Part shown: in pieces, positions 13,962 to 27,590 of the stretch
How the letters are laid out: every line of letters starts with the position of its first letter
Position numbering within the stretch: position 1 is the stretch's first letter
Origin: Octopus bimaculoides
Lineage: Eukaryota
NCBI RefSeq assembly: GCF_001194135.2
Contig: NC_068984.1
Span: 20,166,862-20,230,727, forward strand
Length of the DNA stretch: 63,866 bases
Direction: 5' to 3'
Translations under genes and position numbers: made by a program
Notes under the pieces: generated by a model
Told to the model about the DNA's origin: nothing
The model's database searches: none
What the model saw: the letters and a program-made list of their open reading frames with translations, nothing else

Positions 13962-14257
13962 TCAAGCGAGATTGTTGCCAGTGCCGCTGGACTGGCTCCT
14001 GTGCAGGTGGCACATAAAATACACCATTTTGAGCATGGCCGTTGCCAGTACCGCCTGACTGGCCTTCGTGCCGGTGGGACGTAAAAGCACCCACTACACT
14101 CTCGGAGTGGTTGGCGTTAGGAAGGGCATCCAGCTGTAGAAACTCTGCCAAATCAGATTGGAGCCTGGTGTAGCCATCTGGTTCACCAGTTCTCAGTCAA
14201 ATCGTCCAACCCATGCTAGCATGGAAAGCGGATGTTAAACGATGATGGTGATGATGA
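13962..14257 (+). mobile_element. Short RTE-3'-end element, family B
   Basis: Reverse complement of the 13129-13342 and 59362-59725 type; ends in (GAT)n. Confidence 0.85.
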
Positions 14258-14682
14258 TTTCAAGTTAAAGTGTCTGAACTGAGGAAGGTCTTACATAATA
14301 GCTGCACTTCCTATTATATATTACACAGACCCGAAATGTGCATACTAAATGATTTCCAAATACCACAATTTGGTTGGACTGCCTTATTACAACTTATATG
14401 ACTTTACGCCAGTACAAACTAACCAGTCCAGATGCTACTTATGCAGATACTCTAATAATAATTTGGAGTAGTTTCTTGTAGTTGACTCGAGTTGAAAATT
14501 CTGGTACATGCACCACTTTGTGAACATGAAATACACACACACACACACACACACACACAACAAAGTTGGCCACTTTTTGCTCAGTTGGTGTGTATGTGTG
14601 TGTGTGCACGCGCACGCGCGCGAGAGAAAGAGTTATAGACTGTGACAAAATGTTGTGAGACTTGTCCAATCAATGTCAGCAT

Positions 14683-14859
14683 AGGCACAGGAGTGGCTGT
14701 GTGGTAAGTAGCTTGCTTACCAACCACATGGTTCCAGGTTCAGTCCCACTGCATGGCACTTTGGGCAAGTGTCTTCCACTATAGTCTTGGGCCGACCAAA
14801 GCCTTGTGAGTGGATTTGGTAGACGGAAACTGAAAGAAGCCCGTCGTATATATGTATAT
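14683..14859 (+). mobile_element. SINE family A 5' half, running into a ~970-N gap
   Basis: Head GGCACAGGAGTGGCTGTGTGGTAAGTAGC is identical to 29701 onward. Confidence 0.85.
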
Positions 14860-17202
14860 NNNNNNNNNNNNNNNNNNNNNNNNNNNNNNNNNNNNNNNNN
14901 NNNNNNNNNNNNNNNNNNNNNNNNNNNNNNNNNNNNNNNNNNNNNNNNNNNNNNNNNNNNNNNNNNNNNNNNNNNNNNNNNNNNNNNNNNNNNNNNNNNN
15001 NNNNNNNNNNNNNNNNNNNNNNNNNNNNNNNNNNNNNNNNNNNNNNNNNNNNNNNNNNNNNNNNNNNNNNNNNNNNNNNNNNNNNNNNNNNNNNNNNNNN
15101 NNNNNNNNNNNNNNNNNNNNNNNNNNNNNNNNNNNNNNNNNNNNNNNNNNNNNNNNNNNNNNNNNNNNNNNNNNNNNNNNNNNNNNNNNNNNNNNNNNNN
15201 NNNNNNNNNNNNNNNNNNNNNNNNNNNNNNNNNNNNNNNNNNNNNNNNNNNNNNNNNNNNNNNNNNNNNNNNNNNNNNNNNNNNNNNNNNNNNNNNNNNN
15301 NNNNNNNNNNNNNNNNNNNNNNNNNNNNNNNNNNNNNNNNNNNNNNNNNNNNNNNNNNNNNNNNNNNNNNNNNNNNNNNNNNNNNNNNNNNNNNNNNNNN
15401 NNNNNNNNNNNNNNNNNNNNNNNNNNNNNNNNNNNNNNNNNNNNNNNNNNNNNNNNNNNNNNNNNNNNNNNNNNNNNNNNNNNNNNNNNNNNNNNNNNNN
15501 NNNNNNNNNNNNNNNNNNNNNNNNNNNNNNNNNNNNNNNNNNNNNNNNNNNNNNNNNNNNNNNNNNNNNNNNNNNNNNNNNNNNNNNNNNNNNNNNNNNN
15601 NNNNNNNNNNNNNNNNNNNNNNNNNNNNNNNNNNNNNNNNNNNNNNNNNNNNNNNNNNNNNNNNNNNNNNNNNNNNNNNNNNNNNNNNNNNNNNNNNNNN
15701 NNNNNNNNNNNNNNNNNNNNNNNNNNNNNNNNNNNNNNNNNNNNNNNNNNNNNNNNNNNNNNNNNNNNNNNNNNNNNNNNNNNNNNNNNNNNNNNNNNNN
15801 NNNNNNNNNNNNNNNNNNNNNNNNNNNNNNAGGATTATTAAACTATGAACCTGAAAGCTTAACACTTGCTATAGACATGCTGGTGTGATTTTAATCAAGA
15901 CATTATTCAGCTGAAAACATCTGTTTCTCCTACTCCATACTTAAGTGGTTAAAACAACAACACAGGACAAAAGAAATGCTTGCTTCAAGATGTGATAAGT
16001 AAATATAGCAATTTACATAAACCCATTTCAGAAACAAATGGGCTCTTAAAAAAAAAATAAATAAATAAATAAATAAATTTTTAAAATATGGTTATACTTC
16101 ATTTCTATTGACTAAATTCATATTCACTTTCACACCTGCAGTATATATGTGGAAAGTTCCAAGGAGAATTTGGTAAGTTTCACTGCTTTGGGACAGCACA
16201 TAAGCTAATGTTTCCAGCTTTGCACTTAACATGAGAATGCTGTGGTTATGGTCAAAGGAGAGGTTTGAAAGAACAATATAAGGGAATGATTTGAGGAGTG
16301 AACTGGGGGAAGCAGAGAAAGAGAGAGAGACTGTTGGTGGTGGGGTGAGAGGATCGAAAGTCTAGAATGTGAGGTGAAGAAAATGGAAGAAACCAAAGAT
16401 TACAGAGGGAAAGTAAAAAGGGTCATAGACTCAAACAAAGCAAAATAAAAAGGCGAAGAGTTCAAATAAAGAGAAGATACAAAGGGAGACATGTAAATAG
16501 AAGTGGGAGGCAAATAACCAAAGCAAGAAAAGTTATTGAAGTATAAAGACAACCTTTGAATATTTGTAATTTAGACTAAACAAATATTTAGCCACCAGTT
16601 GTGAAAGAGACTATATACAAGCACAACCATGCACATACATCCATAACAGACATGTTCATATATACACACACATTCATGTAGATGCATATCTAAGTATGTG
16701 GTAAGTCAATCGTTACTGATACATAAACTTTACCCAAGTTCATATCATCATCATCTACTAAATACACTAACTAGGTGAGAACTCAGGTGGTACTAAATAT
16801 TTAATACTAACCAAATATTTAACAGGTTCCCATCATGACACTGGCACTATCTTGTACCTTGTGATGCAAGTCAACCAAGTAATACAGGACAGAGAAGAAA
16901 AAAAAAACACCACTGCAGTAAATAATGAGACTACTATAAAATCAACAAGCATTTCATTAGCTTACACTACTCTTGTGGCCATGCTGGGGCACAGCTTTGA
17001 AGAGTTATTTGAACTAATTACTCACAGTACTTATTCTTTTTAAGTTTGTTACTTATTCTATTGATCACTTTTGCTTGAATATAGTTTGAAAAGGGATGGT
17101 ATTTCCCCAGTCTGACATGCTTTAGATATACTAAACAATAAGTTGTAGAACAAATCAATAAAAGGCAACAATTGATTTCTCTGTTGCTTTTTCTTCCTTT
17201 AA

Positions 17203-17424
17203 CCCTTTCGTTACCAACCCGACTGAAACCAGCTCTGGCTCTGTAATACAAATCTCTTGTTTTCTTAAGTTCTGAATTAAAATCTTCCACGAAACCTTAG
17301 TCACAATTTATGTTCCTAACACTAGCTTAATGATAACCGAGTTTATTTTACTAAATTCTTTGTTATATTTAAAGTAATTGAAAGAAACACAGAGCATCTC
17401 AAAATAAATACAGTAACGAAAGGG
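17203..17424. mobile_element. piggyBac-like MITE
   Basis: Perfect 12-bp TIR CCCTTTCGTTAC / GTAACGAAAGGG; TTAA on both sides (17199-17202, 17425-17428). Confidence 0.9.
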
Positions 17425-20400
17425 TTAACATTTTGCCTGTCCTGTGTATTACATGTGATAGACAGGACAGATTTCTTTAACATCCTTGCATCATATATAT
17501 GATACACCTTTCTAATTGCTTTCTCAACCAGTAGCATAAATTGGGACTTATGAAAGGAAAGCTTAATATAACTCAGAATGGATGAAATAAGGGATAAGTA
17601 AAAGTCTGAAAACAAGTATTGGATGTTTAGGACAAATTTACAAAAATGCTTTGGATGAGCAAAGGATTAAAATACTTCTAAAAAGTTCATGGCTTACTTC
17701 AAATAAAGGTGGTGCAGATATGAGGAAGAAGGATTGGAGAAATTATCTAGTTTGGAGTCAGGTGGACAATACACTTGAGAAATGATAGATTAAGACACAA
17801 GAGCATTGAACCTTTTTTATGGGGCAGCACACAGCTAGCAAGCTTAAAGGAGCAGAGACCATTGCAGTAGCAGTTCTAGAAGAAACAGGAGGAGGGTGCT
17901 ACTTGTTATAGTATATTGGTTAGTGAAGGCTTATCTAGATGGCAACCTTTTTAACAGTGGTGTAGCATGTGTGTATGTGCATGATGGTGGTGGTGGGGAT
18001 AGCTGCACTGTCTTATATAGATAAACAATGTCTGGCTTATGTTAGGATTATTATACCAAAAAGGTAAAGAATCTCTCTCTCTCTCTCTCTTTCTGGAGGG
18101 AAGTATTCTCCCAGATATGTGGGAAATGCCCAGATATATTAAAAGGTACTTTGGCAACTTTGAGTGTTTTAAAGAGAAAAAGCTTTCTGCAAGTCATTTT
18201 AGTTAGTCTTGCCTTGTACAGGATATCTCACAAATTGTAAAAGTCAGTAACATGAAGTGCTATCAACGTATTAAGTGGCTAATTGGTCCTTATTAATCTG
18301 TCCAGCCCATGGTAGCATGGAAAACACAGACATTAAACAATGATGACGATAATTTAAGATTTTCAAAAGTCCATTATAGTTGCAAAAGAATTTATTTACA
18401 CTCAAGTACAACTAACCAAACAAAGTATATTGGTTTTCTGTATTTTTAAAATAAATTTTAACTTTAAAATGTTTGTTTTTTTTGTTTGCTTTGGGATTTT
18501 GTCTTGTTTTTTTTTTGGGGGGGGGGTCATGAGCATACCTAATTTTTTGTTTTCTTTTTATCTCCAGTTCACCACAAAGTCAAAAAGATTGAAACCTATT
18601 AATTCAAAGATTCTCCCTTTGCTTTCTATGTAAACAGATAGGTCTTAAAAGTTTCCACATAAATCATACATCTGCCACTGCACTTTCATGCCAAATATTC
18701 ATGAATGAAACAGGCCAACTTTCCTAAACAAAGTTTGTTATAAACATGAGCAACATTTGGCTTTTTTGTAATACAAGTAAGTGTGTATAAATTGTCAAAG
18801 TAAATATTTTACAGCTGATTACTCTTTCTAACTATTCAGCTGTGAAGTGAGAATACAAAAGCAACATAAAAAGTTGCTCAGCAAATTTAAATACAAGTCA
18901 GTGCAATCCTGTAAATATTATGTTGTAATCAGTCTGTAATTTATATTCATCATACAGCAACTGTTAAACTATGAAATAAACTTTTGTAGATCTTTTATCT
19001 TGTTTGGACAAAGTGTTTATTAGCTGGCATGATTTCCTCAGTAACTATAAATATACTGATGAAAACAAACTATTTTGGAATAAATGATTCATTCAACAGA
19101 GGAATGAAGAAACAAAAAAAGAACAGGGGGGGGAGTAGTAGGGCTACAGTAAATATGCATCCTACTTCCAATTCTTTAACATAGTTGGTAAAAATATTTG
19201 GTCAAATATTACCAAAAGAAACAAAAATTAGCAAATTAAAACAAAAATGTTTCCCCCCATCAAATATAGTCAATATTTGATTTTGTAATCAATATTTTCC
19301 TCTCCTAACTATTATAGTTGCCAATAAATGAAAGAAATTGCATTACTATGGAGCTATGTGAGTGAATCTATTTCTGTTACATTTTGGGTTTTATGTAACC
19401 AATTTTGCTATTATTCATATAATCCATGGCTTGCCAAACATATGTTACAGTGAATAGAATTGAGCTGTATATTTAATGATACCCAAATAACTTGCTAAAA
19501 GCAAGCAAAATGCAGCATTTTAAAGGTTTTTTTTTCTTTTCTTTTTTTATGCAAAATAATTTGAATTTCCTAACTTTCAGAAGTTTTCAGAATAACACAA
19601 CTAGCACTTATGCAAATAACCAATTAGGACAAAAGAAAAAAAATAACAGGACATAAACAGTTGCACTTTTTTTTTTCAGTCGTTGCATATGCTTGATGCT
19701 GAGAACAAACTGCATAACAAGCTACAACTACCAAAAATGTTTATCATAATCAAACAATAACTAGTTTGTACCATGTTGTCAATTCTAAATGCTAAGTGGA
19801 CTGTGAAGGTCAAGCAAATTTAAATAAACACTGCATTAGCGGAAACAGAATTAAAGATGCAGATTAGTGAGGCAGGACAAAACTTGTAGTCTCCAATAAC
19901 AGTTAACATTCATCAAAACACACACACACACCAACCTAACATTTTATATTCTAGTGAGCAGAAAAATCTACCATTTATAACTATACAAAGGAAAGGTTGA
20001 ATTTAAAAATCAAGTAAAACTGAGAAATTACCATATTTTTTTCATGTTTAAGTTGCACTATTTTATACTTGATTTCAACTGGAAAAAAACTGGAGTACAA
20101 CTTACACATGGAGCAAAGCTAAAAAACTATGAAGGAAAAAAAATTAGTTTCAAGATTTAATACTAAATATGGTAAATTAGATCCAAATGAGTGGAATTGT
20201 TGGGGACTCGGTCAAAGCAGTGAGAAGAAACTCTTTCACACTTTATAATAGACATACAACTACAAAGATTCAATATAAGTTTCTTTTTGTTGGTTTCTTC
20301 TGTGCATGTCTACTATGACCAAAAACTCTCATTTTATGTCACAAATTAGCAACAAGTCAATATCTATATCAACAAACAGTAGAAGAATGAGTGAAGTCAA

Positions 20401-22919
20401 AGACAACGTTTGGGGACCCAGTAAATTGCTCGTTATTTTTACCATATTCAATTGCACACACACACACTCCTCCTTTCTCTCACGCACAAATCTTTTGCTA
20501 GGGTATAAATAAAAGTACAGTTAAAATACATATTTAACAAGTAAAATACATACACAATCATGGGTCTTGTATGCATCATCACATTATGAGGCTACAGTGT
20601 TTCAAACAAGGAAAACACCTTAAACCAACACAGCAAACTACATTACACACAAAACCTATTATATCTATTTTTTTTATCAAGAAACCATACAGTGAGAACG
20701 TAATATAAACAAAATTCAGAAATTTTACAACATAACAGGACTCTTTCATATGGTTTTTTCCAGTGTGAAAAGATCAGTATCAGTCTTGTAGCTTGAAGAA
20801 ATCATCTTAGAGAAAAGGTTGTTGATATATTAAAGATATTTTTAAAGACTTAGGATATGTTGGAAAGAGAGAATATAACACTTAGGTAGCGAAACAGTTC
20901 AGCAAAGAACTATTTTGTAATGTAAGGTCCTGAAATGGGTGGCACAATTTTAAAATGGTACAATGTGGTGCAGACAAGTGTTTCATACTGGATTTCAAGG
21001 GTGCAACCAGCAAGAAGCAGCAGTCAGAGGACACAGCATACTGGTAGGGGAAATGCTGTGTGGAATCAGCTTACTGATGGATCAAATGACTTTCTTTCTA
21101 AATTCCATCTAAGATGTCAGTGACTGAAATGGGCCAGGTCAATACCTCATAGAACAATGAAACTGAACCCAATAAACTAGACATTTGGGACTATGCAGTT
21201 TTGACTTTATACATTTTGGGGGGGCTGTTTTTCTTTTCCCTTTCTATATTAACACAGTTAAGTTTCTCCACCTCTTTCGATATAAACACATAAGTTGTCT
21301 TGTTTTCTGCAAATTAGTGCAAGCAGGAATCTGTGATTAAGAAGTTTACTTTGCTGCCACATGGTTTCATGTTTAGTCCCACCATGGGGAAAGTGTCTTC
21401 CACTATAATACCACGCTGCCCAATGCACTGAATTTGGTAGGTGGAAACTTGTTGCACAGCCACAGCCTTTATGCTGAAAAGAATAAAGGAATGTGTTGGT
21501 GTGTATGTGTTTGTCACACATACCACTTGACAGCCAATGTTGGTTTGTTTATGTTCTTGTAACTTGGAAGTTTGGCAAAAGTGATAGAATAAGTACCAGA
21601 CTTTAAGACTGGGATCAATTCAACTAAACCCTTCAAGGTGGTGCTCCAGTATGACTGCAGTCCAATGACTGAAACAGATAAAAGACAAAAAAACGTATAT
21701 TAAATTTTTACAGCTTGCTGTTCTTATTGCTAGCCACTCATCTTTGAAGTAATTAGCCATAACATGTCTAATATAATGGCTTTTGTTTTTGTGCCTTAAG
21801 TGGAGCACAAATTAATTGCACCTTTAAGTGGAGTACAAATTAATTTCAACTCACATAAAATACATAAAGAATATAAACGCTTTTAGTGTATTTATTAGAA
21901 AACAAAACTACTGATGGTCTTCAAATGAATTGATTAAGAAAATGTTAATCTTTACACCACATTTCTAGGTCACTATAATTATCTTATATCCATTTTCCAT
22001 GTCGGCATGGATTGGACAGATTGTCATGAGCTGAGTCAGTTCTTATTCAGTGTTATATATAACCATAGCCATCACTCCTAAGACAATATGACCTGGTTGC
22101 ATATGCCATGCTTTTGTTAATTGTCTTAGGTATCTACATAGTTGTGAGCAGACATAGACACTCTTTCAGTTCTCCTACACATTGATTCTGCAGAACACTA
22201 AGAATGAGACAATTGGAAGAGAGAAAGGTGGGGAGGAGGGGGCTGCAGCAGTACTAAGCTGAGACTCATTTCAGCTGGGTAGACCAGAGCAACATCAAAT
22301 GAAGCACATTGCTCACAAATACAACACACTCACCAAGACCAGGAATCAACCCCCACCACACACACACACACATTTATAGGTGAAGCAACATTTATACTAA
22401 TAGCACCAGTAGTAATAGTGATATCTTCTTTTATATAGTTTATGTTAATATTTCTCCCAAACTAGATTAAACTCAAGTTGAAGTCTCATGTTTAAGCCTG
22501 GATCAAGTAAAATAATCTCTGAAGCTTATTATAAAGATTGGGGCTTTTTTTTTTTTTTTTTTTTTTCAGTTCTGTATTATATCAACAATGCAGACACACT
22601 GATAAAAAAAAAAAAGAAAATGTCTTAAATAAACAATCAAAGATTCTCTGTCATTCTTCACTATTTCAGTTTGATTTACAAATTAAACAGTAAAGTTTGC
22701 TCTAAAATCAATAAAATGATTTTGAATTTCTTTATATATATCAGTAAAAACTTGTTTGATCTAGGCGTAAATTTGGAAAATAAATTTAGGTGGCTTCAAA
22801 TAGCACTGTTACTACAACTGCTATTATTGTACAGGCATGGTTGTGTGTCATACTACACAGCACCTTAGGCAGGTATCTTCCACTACAGCCCTGGGCCAAT
22901 CAAAGCCTTGTGAAGAGTC

Positions 22920-23060
22920 TATCTCTCTGTCTGTCTGTCTCTCTGTCCATCTCTCTGTCTGCCTGTTTATTTGTCTCTCTGTCTGCCTGTTTGTCTCTCA
23001 GTCTGTTTGTCTCTCTGTCTGTTTGTTTGTCTCTCTATCTGTCTGTCTCTCTCTCCTTTT
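22920..23060. repeat. (CTGT/CTCT)n compound microsatellite
   Basis: Direct reading. Confidence 0.9.
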
Positions 23061-26000
23061 CTGACATCACACAACAGTTATAAACAAGAGTCAACATCAT
23101 ACAGGCAGTGTCTTTCATTATCAATCTTTTAGAAAAATATTCCAGCCATGAGGACATATTACTTTGCTTGGAAACAGGTGCGGGTTGGTGATAGGAAAGG
23201 CATCCAACCATAGAAAAATCTGCCTCAATGAACTCTGCTCAATCCATGCCAGCATGGAAAAATTAACATTAAAACAATGACGATGATGATTATGATGCTA
23301 AAATTATATGGTTGTATAGCAATGTGCAATTAAAAGTTCTGACACAGATAAACAGGATATAGTTATAAAGAAACTATACAAAAACAGGCTCCAAAACAGT
23401 GAACTATAATTACTTCACATCGTCATTATAACAAACCAAGTACATTAAAAGTAAACCAGATAATTTACAAACTTAGCTAATATAAGCTAATATAGGAATG
23501 CTTATAAAATTTTAAAACAGCATAGGACCCATGATTTTCAGAAACATTTTTACCATGCTCAGAATTGTCTAAGGATAGAATATATTACCTGAATTAGTCA
23601 TTAGCTCTTAGGGTACTGCATGCTTCCCACAACTCCTGACATGCTTATGCACGCTTTCCTCTGTTCACTTTTCTATTTTATTCTGTTTTGTGCATGTACT
23701 CCTAGCTTTCATTGCTGTCTTTTTTTACCTATCTTATTGCTGCTTTCTGTCTTCTCTTTTAACCTTTTCTGACAAGGTGTAGTGCACCTGAGCGCTCTAT
23801 ACAATAAGCCCATCATTATTTGCAAGTTGGCAGAATCATTAGCATTTTGGATAAAATGCTTAGCAACATCTCCTCAGGCTGTTTACATTCTGAGTTTACA
23901 TTCTGAGTTCACTGCTAAGGTTAACCTTGCCTTTCAACCTTTTGGGGATCAATGAAATAAAGTACCAGTCAAGAACAAAGATCATGTAATCAACTAATCC
24001 CCACCCCAATACAATTACTGTCCTTGCAACAAAATTTCAAACAATTATTATAAAATAATTAGTAATAGAAGCAGTATTAATACCAAAAAGCAATCTTCAG
24101 ATCCAACTTAACAATGGATGTTTTGTTAGAGAACTGAATTCTGCATTATTTACTTTGAGAGAACCTCTCATGTGGATGCAAGGTGCATCCAAGTACATGT
24201 ATATCATTGGTGGATGAGAGTCATCGGCTACAGGTGCTAGAAATACCAGAACATATGATTCCAATGTACTCTGTCTCCTCAGTAGTAGACGTCCAGTAGC
24301 TACATATCGGCCAAATTTCACTGCCAACAATGTATAGAATCTTAGTGACTTTTCAGACACTGATGTTGCAAACAGCCAACAGAATTATAAATTAAATAAT
24401 TATCAGCAACAGAAGCAGTATTAATACCAAAGGGCAATCTTTATATCCAGCTTAATGTGGATGTTTAGTTAGAATGCCAAATACTGCATTATTTACCTTG
24501 AAAGGATCTCTCATTTGAACTTATGGGGCATAAAAACAGACATATCTATAATGCTGGCAGATGAGAATCATCTGTTATGGGTGCCAGAACTGCCAGCTCA
24601 TATGATTTCAACGTACCCTGTCTCCTCAGTGGTAGACATCTGGTAACTGTAGTATTTTTTCTGGCTCTTTACCATCCCAAGTCCAAATACTGCCAAGGTC
24701 AACTCAGTTTTTCATCTTTATGAAAGTACCAGTCAAGTATTAGGTTGATGTAATTGATTAACCCTTCTCAGCAAAAGTACTGGCCTTGTGCCAAAATTTA
24801 AACCATTATTTAATTTTTATTAATAATTTAATATATTTTAAAGTGAAGAGAGGATTCATATTTATGAGGAATCCTTCTCTATCCTAACATTATCCTGCAT
24901 TGAACAATTAAAAAAAATAAAATAAACAATTAGAAATGGAAAACCAATAATTTGATGTAGCTTTAATAGAAATATACTAAATCAAACATGATCCAGTTGT
25001 TGTTTAACTCCCAAGTCAACCCTGATCAAGTAGACTGACCAAAAATGTTCTAGTTGTGACTAACTGCCCTTTCATTCAAATACAGAGCATCTAGGACTGC
25101 AACATCCATTCCAGTTATAAAATAGCTGAATGCAATTTGAGGGAAACTTGCTGCTATTTCAAGCAAGTCAAGCAATGCTGTAGAGGCTCCTTCATTGACT
25201 TGAACATGCCCCAGTAGATGGGTCATATTAAATTGGTCAATGAATAGACTGGATAACTCAAATGGAAAATTAATAACTTTGGCTTAATCAATAACTGCTC
25301 CAGATATACTAAATGAAACTGATTAAGAAATACATAGATTGAATTCATTTGTGCTGTTTTTAATGAATTTTCCTGGTCAGAAACTATAATTGGCTAGTTA
25401 TATTAATTAGAAGTAATTAATTATAACTAATTAATATAACACTATAAAACCTAATTTTGAGTTCATTATTGCTGCATGAGAGGGTGGTGGAATGGTTGAA
25501 ACACTAGAATAGACATCCTTGCAGCATTATAGTAGAATAGACATCATTTACATCCTGAGTTCAAACCCTGTTGAGGTCAACTTTGCCTGTTGTTGTTCTA
25601 TGGTCATTGATAAATTAAGACCCAACAATGAATATACATGGGTTGATTAAGCCAACTGTATCTTCATCTATCCTACAAAGTTTAAACTTTGCACCAATGT
25701 AAGAAATCAGCATTCATTCAAGATACGATAGCTGAACAAGACTGAGAAATGGTACCAAGCTTTATGGGTTATCTTCTTTTATTTGTTTCAGTCAATGGAC
25801 TGTGGCCATGATGGAGTCCCATCTTGAAAGGTTTAGTCAAACAAACCAATTCCAGTAAGTCTGGTGTTTATTCTATTAGTCTTTTTTGCTGAAGTGCTAA
25901 GTTACAAGGACATTAACAAACCAACACTTGTTGTCAAACACTAGTGGGTACAAATACAAAGACAGACACACACACACACACACTCAACAGGTTTTACACA

Positions 26001-27352
26001 GTGCCTGTCTACCAAATTCACTCACAAGGTATCAGTCAAACTCTTATAGAAGAAGACATTTACTCATGGTGCTATGTAGCTTGGATGGTAATTATTCAAT
26101 GATTATTGTTGTATGCAAGTCCTATATGCAAAGTTGGACCTATTTTACATGCTTTAATGCACAGAAAACTTACCCCTACCCCTCAATATATGCTGCTGAA
26201 ACCAGGGTGCGTCTAATATGCCTGTGTGTCTTTTATACCATCAAATAGGAGGGAGGGGGACATGCATATATGTACACAGTGGTTTCTACAGTTTTAGTCT
26301 ATCAACTTTCACACACAAGATATTGGTCATGCAGAGACAAGAGACACACATGCACCCTGGGTACCAAGTTGTGCTACTGAATTGAGAATCAAATGGCTGT
26401 GAAGAGAACTTCTTAACCAAACAGCCATGCCTGCATTCTATAAGTTGGTTTAGATTCTTGATCAAATTCATTTCATCTGTGCCAACCAAAAAAAGGCAGG
26501 AATCAAGTAAGCCTCTACCTGGTCAATTAGCCAACTAAATATAGTAACCACATATCCCTTAAATCACATTCGACTATCTTAAAAAGTAAGTATGCATAGG
26601 ATAATGTAGTTCTGACAAAATACAAAAATTGAAGAGGAGATGATGAAAGCTGGAATGCTTTTGATCGTAGGCTTGCTTGATTAGGACTGACCTATGGTTA
26701 AACAGTAACAAGGTAAGAATTTCACACAATCTTATTCTAGTCTTTCATGAAGTTATTATTTTGTGTACATGTATGAAACTATTATATCAATCATCAGTCA
26801 CACCAAGGATTTATGTGTTTGTACAGGATTGTACATTAATAGTGTTAGTTTATTGTTGTTTTATTTTTAATGACGTGTCTTGCTGTGTCTTGGTTTCTTG
26901 AATTTCCTAATGACAACATAAAAACATTACAGTTAAAGTGAGAATTAACAAAGATTAATGATACCAAAGATGCAAAAGCTACAACTGTACTGTAAGTCTG
27001 TGTGTTTCTATTTTACATTTTATTATAAGGGGTTTGAAAATCTGAAACTCAAAGAATTTATCTTTTTCCCATAAACAACAACAGGTGTTAGGTTTTATCA
27101 TCATCATTGTCATTTAATGTCCACTTTCCATGCTTACACAAGTCAGATGGAATTGGTTGAGATTTTCTATTGCCAGATGCCTTTCCTGTAGCCAATACTC
27201 ACCTATTTTCAAGCAAAGTAATATTTCTCCATAGCTAGGCATATTTTCATGGAATATAGGAAATGAACAACATCACTTGCATGACAGTGATGCTCGTTTA
27301 CAGCCTTTACATGATGTCAAGTCAAGGTATAGATGACATGCTTCTTTCAGTT

Positions 27353-27590
27353 TCTTATTTCTTTATTGCCCACAAGGGGCTACACACAGAGGGGACAAAC
27401 AAGGACAGACAAATGGATTAAGTCGATTATATCAACCCCAGTGCGTAACTGATATTTATTTAATCAACCTCAAATGGATGAAAGGCAAAGTCAACCTCGG
27501 CGGAATTTGAACTCAGAACGTAGCGGTAGACGAAATACCGTGAAGCATTTCGCTCGGTGTGCTAACATTTCTGCCAGCTCGCCGCCTTTC
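27353..27590 (-). mobile_element. tRNA-head SINE of another family, with a CORE-like central segment
   Basis: Related copies at about 23820-24060, 39690-39910, 46660-46890 and 63590-63750 share ...TGAACTCAGAA... and GCCTTTCATCC-type segments. The family assignment is inference. Confidence 0.65.
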
